Positions 52,523 to 59,761 of a stretch of 59,761 nt of DNA are shown in pieces (position 1 is the first letter of the stretch; each line of letters opens with the position of its first letter). The notes under the pieces were generated by a model that did not search any database, was not told where the DNA came from, and saw only the letters and a list, made by a program, of their open reading frames with translations. The DNA is from Solirubrobacterales bacterium. Its GTDB lineage: Bacteria > Actinomycetota > Thermoleophilia > Solirubrobacterales > 70-9. A program made the translations under genes and the position numbers. The DNA is taken from assembly GCA_035698885.1 (NCBI GenBank), contig DASSBJ010000124.1:1-59761 (forward strand), given 5' to 3'.

Positions 52523-52972
52523 TCAGCGGCGCGTCTGCTTGATGCGGCTGCGCAGGAAGCCGCGCCACGCCCGGGGGCGCCGCAGCAGGGACAGCATCAG
52601 CGGCAGAGAGTCGAAATAGGTGAAGCGCTCGGTTGCGAGCCCGTCCTCGTCGAGGACGAAGCGGTCGACCGACTCCCAGGAGACCGGGGCCCCGCCGGCC
52701 GTGCCGCGAACCGTGAACTCGATCAGGACGCCGTCCTGGGTCGCACCCCAGCGGTGGACCTCGGCGGTCATGTCCGGGATCAACTCGAAGAGCTCGGCGA
52801 AGGCGCGCTTGCCGGCCTCCAGCCCCTGCGTCGTCGGCGTCATCGGCGCGGACAGGCGAGCGTCGGAAGCCAGGACCGTGTCGAGTCGCTCCACCGCGGG
52901 CGCCTGCCAGAACTCCGCGAAACGCCTGACGAAGTCTGTTGCCTGCTGACCGTCGTGGGTCATACCCGCCAC
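52523..52972 (-). CDS. SnoaL/NTF2-like domain protein
   Basis: FVRRFAEFWQAP...LDTVLASDARL...VHRWGATQDGVLIEFTVRG pattern. Confidence 0.65.
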   Translation of the reverse strand: MAGMTHDGQQATDFVRRFAEFWQAPAVERLDTVLASDARLSAPMTPTTQGLEAGKRAFAELFELIPDMTAEVHRWGATQDGVLIEFTVRGTAGGAPVSWESVDRFVLDEDGLATERFTYFDSLPLMLSLLRRPRAWRGFLRSRIKQTRR

Positions 52973-53099
52973 CCTAGCGCCGCGGCGGTCTTCGCCGCGG
53001 CGCTTGAAAGCCCCTAGCCCCGCGGGCGAGGCGCCGGGGATTGGCGACTCGGGGCCAAGGATAGCCGTCTGGGGGTTGGGGTTGTTCGGGCGGCGCCCG

Positions 53100-54413
53100 T
53101 CAGCGGGTGGGGACGAAGGCGGCGGTGCGGATGCGGGAGCCGGGGCCCGGGAGTTGGCCGGATCCGAAGTCTTCCCACGCCGCCAGCGCTTCGCCGCTGG
53201 GGGCGAAGGAGAGGCGGATGACGCCTATTCCTTCGCTGCGGGCGATCGTGCGGGGCTTGCGGAAGCGGCCGCCGGCCGGCCGGTAGGCGGCCTGCAGCAG
53301 CGTCCCCCGGTCGTGCCTGAGCCGCAGCGCCCAGATCGCGAGGGCATTGCCGCGCCGGTCGAAGGCAACCTGCGCGCCGGTGGCGCCGGCCGAGCGGCGG
53401 GAGAGCCGCTGCGGCTTGCCGAAGCGGCCGCGGACGGGGCGGAAGGCGGCCTCCACCCAGTTGTCGTGGCCGTTGCGGTCGCGGCGGCGCCAGATCGCCA
53501 GCGCGTTGCCACGGCTGTCCAGCGCCCCGTGGGTTTCTTCGCCGGCGTCGGAGCTCGAGATCCTCTGTGGCTTGCCGAAGCGGCCGCCGGCGGGACGGAA
53601 GGCGGCGAGCACGCGGGCCTTCGGGGGGATGCCGAGCCGCCAGACGGCGAGCGCGTCGCCGCGCGCATCGACGGCCAGCTGAGGGATGTCGCCGGGGCCG
53701 ACGAAGCGCACCTTGCCGAAGCGGCCGCCGCGGCGCGCGAACGCACCCTCGATGTGGACGCCGCGCGACCAGATGGCGACCGCCCCCCCGCGCCGGTCGA
53801 GGGCAACCAGCGGTTCGCTCGTCAGACCCCCGGCGAGCTTCCGCACGGCGCCGAAGGCGCCGCCGGCCGGGCGGAAGGCCGCCAGGATCGGCTTGGCTGA
53901 GCCGCCAGGGTGGCGCACGAGGACGAGCGCGTCCCCTGCCGGGTCGACGGCCAGAGCCGGGTACGCGCCCTCGACCGGGACCAGCTGCGGGAGGCCGAAG
54001 GGGCCGCCGGCCGGCCGGTCCGCGACTTCCACGCAGAGGCTGCACCCACCGCCGATTTCGTCGCCGCGGCGCACCCAGAGCACGGTGGCGTCGCCGCTCG
54101 CGTCGAAGCCCACCTGCGGGCTTCCGCCGGGGCCGAGCGTCTGTGGCGCGCGGAACCCCGCGCCTGGCCGCAGCGCCGCCTGGATGTCGCCCGCCTGCCG
54201 CCAGACGACGAGCGCGACTCCGCGACGATCGAAGGCCAGCTCGGGCCGTTGGGCGCGGTCGCCGGGCGCCGACAGGGTCACCGGCGGCTGCCAGCCCGCC
54301 GCGGAGGCGGCGGACGGCGGAGCCGCCAGCCCGACGACGACCGACGCCAGCGCCAGCGCCAGGCGCGGCAGGGCGCCGGCGCGACGGGTCTCGGCGGAGA
54401 AGCTCCCGGCCAT
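53100..54413 (-). CDS. Secreted protein with eight degenerate repeats (beta-propeller-like)
   Basis: Signal peptide ...LAAPPSAASAAG. There are eight units of the form xDxxGxAxxxW ... AAFRPAGGxFGxPxxL. Confidence 0.75.
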   Translation of the reverse strand: MAGSFSAETRRAGALPRLALALASVVVGLAAPPSAASAAGWQPPVTLSAPGDRAQRPELAFDRRGVALVVWRQAGDIQAALRPGAGFRAPQTLGPGGSPQVGFDASGDATVLWVRRGDEIGGGCSLCVEVADRPAGGPFGLPQLVPVEGAYPALAVDPAGDALVLVRHPGGSAKPILAAFRPAGGAFGAVRKLAGGLTSEPLVALDRRGGAVAIWSRGVHIEGAFARRGGRFGKVRFVGPGDIPQLAVDARGDALAVWRLGIPPKARVLAAFRPAGGRFGKPQRISSSDAGEETHGALDSRGNALAIWRRRDRNGHDNWVEAAFRPVRGRFGKPQRLSRRSAGATGAQVAFDRRGNALAIWALRLRHDRGTLLQAAYRPAGGRFRKPRTIARSEGIGVIRLSFAPSGEALAAWEDFGSGQLPGPGSRIRTAAFVPTR

Positions 54414-54519
54414 CGTCGGGCAACCATAATCGACTCTGACCGAAGCCTGGGAGGATCGTCCCAGAGGTTCCGCACGTCTGCCGATAACCCCATAGGCTTT
54501 AGCTTCCCCGGGGATCGAC

Positions 54520-55341
54520 ATGGGAATTCTCGACGACGCGATCAAAGAGCACCTGGAGCTGAAGCGCCAGCACGGCGCGGCTGAGGACGAGCTGAAGCAG
54601 CTCGAGGACGAGGCGTTCGGCGCCGCGGAACGGCCTGGCGAGCAGGAATCGGGCTCCGATCCTGCGGCGGAGGCGCCGACCGAGTTCATGGCGCAGCCCG
54701 AGCTGGAGGGGGAGGAGGACGCTCCGCGGTCGCGGCGGCCCGACGTCGCCGATCTGCAGGAGGCGCCGCCGCGGGCCGAGCCGGAGGCCCCCGAGCCGGA
54801 GCCCGAGCCGCCCGCCGAGGAGGAGGCGCCTGCGATGGAACACGAGGCGATCTCCGAGCCTCCCGAAGTGGAGCCCGAGATCTCCAGCGGTCCGAGCACC
54901 GAGGAGCGCGAGGCGATCGCCGAGCAGCCGACCGAAATGTTCGACGTCGAGGCGGAGCTGGGCGACGCCGCGGCCGAGCAGGCGCCCGCCGAGCCCGCGG
55001 CTGAGGAGGCCGAGGAAGAGGAGTACGAGGAGGACGACGACTTCTGGGACGAGAAGCGCCTCTCCGACGAGCTCGACCAGGCGCTCGAGGCGCCGAGCGA
55101 GCCCGAGGACGAGGAGTCCCTGTACGAGGACACCGCCAGCGAGGCCGAGGAGCCGGAGGCCGAAGAGCCCAAGGCGAAGGAGTCCCAGTCGGCCGAGCCG
55201 GATCAGCCGGAGCACCTGACCCCCTCCGGCGACGAGGAGGACGTGCTCGAGGAGACGCCGGACTTCCTCGAGGAGGCCCCGGAGGACGATCAGCTCTGGT
55301 TCGAGCAGAAGCCCCCGAAGGACTTCGACTTCGACGACTGA
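54520..55341 (+). CDS. Highly acidic, probably disordered protein with conserved-looking termini
   Basis: MGILDDAIKEHLELKRQHG at the N-terminus, a Glu/Asp/Pro/Ala-dominated centre, and a C-terminal DQLWFEQKPPKDFDFDD. Confidence 0.7.
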   Translation: MGILDDAIKEHLELKRQHGAAEDELKQLEDEAFGAAERPGEQESGSDPAAEAPTEFMAQPELEGEEDAPRSRRPDVADLQEAPPRAEPEAPEPEPEPPAEEEAPAMEHEAISEPPEVEPEISSGPSTEEREAIAEQPTEMFDVEAELGDAAAEQAPAEPAAEEAEEEEYEEDDDFWDEKRLSDELDQALEAPSEPEDEESLYEDTASEAEEPEAEEPKAKESQSAEPDQPEHLTPSGDEEDVLEETPDFLEEAPEDDQLWFEQKPPKDFDFDD

Positions 55342-55370
55342 ATTTTGCGTCCTGTTGTCTAAGTAACCTT

Positions 55371-55829
55371 TTGGCGGAGATGGCTCCGCTGAAGAAAAAA
55401 GGAGACTTGGCTGAGCTCAAGGTCGCCGCTGACTTGGCCGATCGAGGCTGCGCCCTCTCATTTCCCTACGGCGAGGACTGCGACTACGACCTGATCGCCG
55501 ACTACGCAGGCATCCTCCACCGCGTGCAGGTCAAATACACCGAGTCGGATGGCGTTGTCATTGGGGTGCGCTGTCGCTCCCACTCTCTGACGAACGGGAG
55601 AGTTCGCCGCGCGAAGTGCTATACGGCCAAGACAGTTGACTGGATCGCGGTCTATGACCGGACCTCCGATTGCTGCTATTACGTCGCCGCTCGCGTGCTC
55701 GGGACTGGCCGAGCCCAGCTTCATTTGCGGTTGGCTCCAACGCGAAACGGTCAGAGGGCCGGCATCAGGGACGCCGCCGACTACACCACCCCGGATCTTG
55801 GCCGACCCCACAGTGAACAGCGGGGCTAA
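55371..55829 (+). CDS. Small stand-alone PD-(D/E)XK-type nuclease-like protein
   Basis: KGDLAELKVAADLADRG, then DYDLIAD and RVQVKY, fit a D...(D/E/Q)xK core. The start is TTG 55371 or ATG 55380. Confidence 0.6.
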   Translation: MAEMAPLKKKGDLAELKVAADLADRGCALSFPYGEDCDYDLIADYAGILHRVQVKYTESDGVVIGVRCRSHSLTNGRVRRAKCYTAKTVDWIAVYDRTSDCCYYVAARVLGTGRAQLHLRLAPTRNGQRAGIRDAADYTTPDLGRPHSEQRG

Positions 55830-55926
55830 CTGGACGGCATTCGAGCCACGCGCTCCAGGCGAGAGTCAACGCTTGATCCGCCAGGTCGCGTCGGAGTAAC
55901 ACCCATGAGATACACTTGATCGTGCA

Positions 55927-56190
55927 ATGCCTTCCAAGCACCCCCGAATCGCCGTGACCGCAGACCCCGAGCTGGGCGAGGCATTGGCGCGGGTTCGCGC
56001 CGCCACCGGCACCCGCGAGCCCGACGCGACCCTATTGCGTCGCCTCGCTGTCGAGGGCGCCGAGACAGAGCTCGAGGCTGGACGCAACCGTCGCGTCGCG
56101 GCCGAAGCGCTGTTCGAGGCTATGGACTCCGCCGAGTTCGACCTCGACCTCGGCGCCGTCGACCGCCTCAACGCGCTGCCCGCCCCCTGA
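55927..56190 (+). CDS. vapB: Antitoxin (VapB-like)
   Basis: 87-aa ORF whose stop overlaps the PIN gene start (ATGA-type coupling at 56187-56192). Confidence 0.6.
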   Translation: MPSKHPRIAVTADPELGEALARVRAATGTREPDATLLRRLAVEGAETELEAGRNRRVAAEALFEAMDSAEFDLDLGAVDRLNALPAP

Positions 56191-56627
56191 TGGCGAGTCG
56201 CCTCTGGGACGGCACTGGGCCGGTGCTGGCGGATACGTCTGCCTGGATGCAGGCACGCCGCGACGCAAGCGCTCGCGATCTCCTGCTGGCCGCAATCGAG
56301 CGCGGCGACGTGCGTTGGTGCTGGCCGGTTCGCTACGAGCTGATAGTCGACGCGCGAAGCAGCGATGGAATCGCGGCCGTCGAGTGCACCCTGGACGCCC
56401 TGCGCGAGGTCCCGCTCGATCGCAGCGTGCAGCGCGCGGTCTTATCGCTGATGCGCGAGCTGGCGGGCAATGGCTCCCACGGCGCCCACCGATTTCCCCT
56501 CACCGACCTGACCGTCGCCGCTGCTGCCCAGCATGTGGGGGTCGACATCCTCCACTTCGACCAGCACCTCGAACGGCTCGGCGGCCATCTCGGCGTCGCG
56601 GCACACTGGATTTCCCAGCCCTCCTAG
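56190..56627 (+). CDS. vapC: PIN-domain ribonuclease toxin
   Basis: VLADTSAW (first acidic residue), RYELIVDA, and DLTVAAAAQHVGVDILHFDQHLE (C-terminal acidic motif). Confidence 0.8.
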   Translation: MASRLWDGTGPVLADTSAWMQARRDASARDLLLAAIERGDVRWCWPVRYELIVDARSSDGIAAVECTLDALREVPLDRSVQRAVLSLMRELAGNGSHGAHRFPLTDLTVAAAAQHVGVDILHFDQHLERLGGHLGVAAHWISQPS

Positions 56628-56651
56628 ACGAACGTTGCTGATATTGCGGTT

Positions 56652-57146
56652 ATGAACCTCGACTTTTTCTTCACCGCCGTGCTCGGGGTTACGGCAATTG
56701 CCGGGCCTCGGCTCATTGACGACTCTATTGGCACTACTGACTCTTTGGCGGTCATCGCTACGCTGCTGGTCGGCCTCCAAACCCTGGCGGCCTTTCTCTA
56801 CCTGGCAGTTGCACGCATAAACGTCGCGGTCGGGATGCATGCCGACCGGATCAAGGCCATCAGGGACAAAATGATCCCAGCCAGCAGGGAGCTCGTTGAC
56901 CTCGGCCCATTCGCGGGAGCACCGAAAGCGAATAAGCCGTGGGCGAGCACCAGCGGCGTCGCCACACATGTCTTGGGCCTCGCCCTCGCCCTCTTTCCGT
57001 TTGCCCTGGCTGGCGCCCTGGCGAGATCGGCAGGCAACCAGTGGGCGGCACCGCGTAGATCTCACGGTCCGAAAGTGGGCCTAGCTGGACGGCTATTGAA
57101 CGCCGCGAAGGGCGACGCGGCTAGCCGTCTGCGTGATGCCTTGTAG
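56652..57146 (+). CDS. Membrane protein, function unknown
   Basis: Three or four hydrophobic segments. Visibly lower G+C than its surroundings. Confidence 0.55.
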   Translation: MNLDFFFTAVLGVTAIAGPRLIDDSIGTTDSLAVIATLLVGLQTLAAFLYLAVARINVAVGMHADRIKAIRDKMIPASRELVDLGPFAGAPKANKPWASTSGVATHVLGLALALFPFALAGALARSAGNQWAAPRRSHGPKVGLAGRLLNAAKGDAASRLRDAL

Positions 57147-57262
57147 GCGGATGTCGAGCGCCGTAAAGCCGGGTCAGTGTTGGCCTATCTGAATCCCGCG
57201 AAGCACGGTTCGTCCGGTCCAAACGTGAAGATAGGTGAAGGTCAAATGTGAAGACCTCTCAG

Positions 57263-57335
57263 TGGAGCCAGCGGGATTCGAACCCGCGACCTCCCGGATG
57301 CAAACCGGACGCTCTTCCAGCTGAGCTATGGCCCC
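57263..57335 (-). tRNA. tRNA-Ala (anticodon TGC)
   Basis: 73 nt folded manually: GGGGCCA acceptor with G3:U70, TCCGG-TTTGCAT-CCGGG anticodon arm, GCGGG-TTCGAAT-CCCGC T arm. Confidence 0.95.
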
Positions 57336-57358
57336 TCAGCTCAGATTGTAGGGCGGCT

Positions 57359-58350
<992 letters not shown>

Positions 58351-58354
<4 letters not shown>

Positions 58355-59085
58355 GGGACTCCGAGCCTAGCGAGGTCGAGCCCCAGGGCCCGGGGCTCGG
58401 TCTCCACCGCGGCGCGTTCGAGCACCGCGGCGTAGCGCGCCGCGACGGTCCCCGCGAAGCCGTCGAGGTCCTGCTCGGCGCCGAGCTCGCGCGAGAGCGA
58501 GGTCACCCTGCAGTCGTCGATTCCGCAGGGGACGACCCACTCGAACGGCTGCAGGTCGTTGTTGACGTTGATCGCCAGCCCGTGCGTCGTCACCCCCCGG
58601 CTCACGTGCAGCCCGATCGAGCCGATCTTCCGCGCCGCGTCGGGGCCGGCTCCCGGCCCGGGCGGCTCGCCCTCCGTCCACACGCCCGTCAGGCCCTCGA
58701 TCGTCCGCGCGGCGACGCCGTGCTCGGCCAGCGCGCCGATCGCCACCCGCTCCAGTCGCCGCACGTACCCGTGCACGTCGTCGCCGTAGGGCCGCAGCGA
58801 GACGATCGGGTAGGCGACGAGCTGGCCGGGCCCGTGGTAGGTGACCCGCCCGCCGCGGTCGGTGTCGCGGACCTCGATCCCCTGCATCTCGTACCACTCG
58901 CGCCGCATCGGCAGCTCCTCCTCGCCGGCGCGGCGGCCGCGCGTGTAGACGGGAGGGTGCTCGAGCAGCAGCAGCACGTCCGGGACCTCGCCCTCCTGGC
59001 GCGCCCCCGCGAGCCAGCGCTGGGCGACCAGCGCCTCCTCGTAGGGGACGATCCCGCACCGCACCACCAGGATTTCCTCGCTCAT
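58351..59085 (-). CDS. lipB: Octanoyltransferase (lipoate-protein ligase B)
   Basis: LLLLEHPPVYTRGRR, RGGRVTYHGPGQLVAYPI, and KIGSIG with PCGI. Confidence 0.9.
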
Positions 59086-59135
59086 GCTTGAAATCGTCGC
59101 ATGCCGCCGCCATATCCTTAGCGGCGCCCCTGCCC

Positions 59136-59761
59136 ATGGTCCGATCCCAGTCCAAGTACCTGCTGCGACCCGACTGGCTCCCGGCCGTCGCGCTCAGCGC
59201 CGCGCTGGCCGCGGCGATGCTGGCCTGGGACCCGCACGTCGGCGACCTCGCCGCCCAGGTCTTCCGCACCGAGCTCTTCCAGCGCGCCGGCCTCGGGATC
59301 TGGAACGGCAGCTGGTACGGCGGCCACTACACGCTCACCTACAGCGTCCTCTTCCCGCCGCTGGCGGCGCTGCTCGGCCCGCGCCTCGTCGGCACGCTCG
59401 CGGTCGTCGCCTCCTCCTACCTGTTCGACCGCCTCGTCCGCGACCGCTGGGGCGAGGCGGCCCGCTGGGCGACCCTCTGGTTCGCGGCAGGCGTGGTCAC
59501 CCTCCTGGCCGACGGCCAGCTCACCTTCGCCCTCGGCGTAGCCTTCGCCCTGGCCTCGCTGCGCTCCCTTCAGCTCGGCCGCACCCCGTGGGCTCTCGTG
59601 GCCTCGGCGGCATGCGCGCTCTCCAGCCCGGTTGCGGCGGTTTCGCTGGCCGGCGTCCTCCTCGCAGCCGCCGTGGACCCGGCCGTCGAGCTGCACCGTC
59701 TCTCCCGCGGGTGGCGTGGGGTATGGGGGGGTCGAGGACGGACCGTGGCCCGCCCGCAGTG
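59136..59761 (+). CDS. Polytopic membrane protein, 3' partial (runs off window end)
   Basis: ATG at 59136. I translated it by hand to the window end without a stop. Near-saturated third-position G+C. Hydrophobic helices and a WYGGHYTLTYSVLFPP motif. The 192-aa minus-strand ORF is its antisense shadow. Confidence 0.55.
   Translation, partial: MVRSQSKYLLRPDWLPAVALSAALAAAMLAWDPHVGDLAAQVFRTELFQRAGLGIWNGSWYGGHYTLTYSVLFPPLAALLGPRLVGTLAVVASSYLFDRLVRDRWGEAARWATLWFAAGVVTLLADGQLTFALGVAFALASLRSLQLGRTPWALVASAACALSSPVAAVSLAGVLLAAAVDPAVELHRLSRGWRGVWGGRGRTVARPQ

Noticed and set aside
53004-55420. Multiple 200-470-aa ORFs in the other frames over the repeat-protein and acidic-protein genes
   Set aside because: They are artefacts of repeats and G+C bias. 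Only the frames with a signal peptide plus regular repeats (53100-54413, minus) and with the acidic protein (54520-55341, plus) show protein-like organisation.
55829-57090. CTGGACGGC(A/T)ATT... 9-12-mer present at ~55831 and ~57076, as possible direct repeats flanking the VapBC/membrane segment
   Set aside because: It is too short and G+C-rich to be distinguishable from chance in 60 kb. No further att-like features are present.

Overview
Very high-G+C, actinobacterium-like chromosomal DNA (G+C not computed). It is densely coded, with many 4-nt NTGA stop/start overlaps and long spurious antisense ORFs typical of such genomes. Content by region: (1) 1-14.5 kb holds respiration and redox genes: a cupredoxin, an FNR-like reductase, ctaD, an ArsR-like regulator with a polytopic membrane protein and a hemerythrin, DUF488, an AlkA-like glycosylase, a cupin, an FAD oxidoreductase, OsmC, a 7Fe-type ferredoxin, an ECF sigma/anti-sigma pair and nitronate monooxygenase. 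Three copies of one AT-rich palindrome tie several of these together. (2) 15.5-22.2 kb is an envelope-associated cluster in which five proteins start with a zinc-ribbon, including an ABCG-like exporter. (3) 23.1-28.5 kb is a divergent sulfur-trafficking-like locus governed by an ArsR-rhodanese fusion regulator. (4) 28.9-41.2 kb is a cobalamin riboswitch-controlled ten-gene salvage and lower-ligand operon (BtuFCD-like, then cobQ-cobO-cobU-cobS-cbiB-cobD-cobT), plus a signal-less BtuF-like gene and cobB. (5) 41.5-46.8 kb holds small tailoring-type enzymes (SnoaL/NTF2-like, methyltransferases, cupin, hydrolases). (6) 46.9-51.2 kb is a tRNA-Ala(CGC)-adjacent module: a six-HTH giant regulator, an SSB-like ORF with an in-frame stop, a winged-helix protein, two tandem paralogues and a highly structured non-coding region. 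(7) 51.5-52.5 kb has an intact TPP riboswitch in front of a truncated thiC. (8) 53-57.3 kb has a secreted 8-repeat protein, an acidic disordered protein, and a lower-G+C islet (PD-(D/E)XK nuclease, VapBC, membrane protein) next to tRNA-Ala(UGC). (9) The window ends with lipB-lipA and a partial membrane protein. At least nine reading frames are interrupted by frameshifts, in-frame stops or truncation. This is either real gene decay or assembly indel error. No CRISPR array, rRNA, transposase or integrase was recognised.
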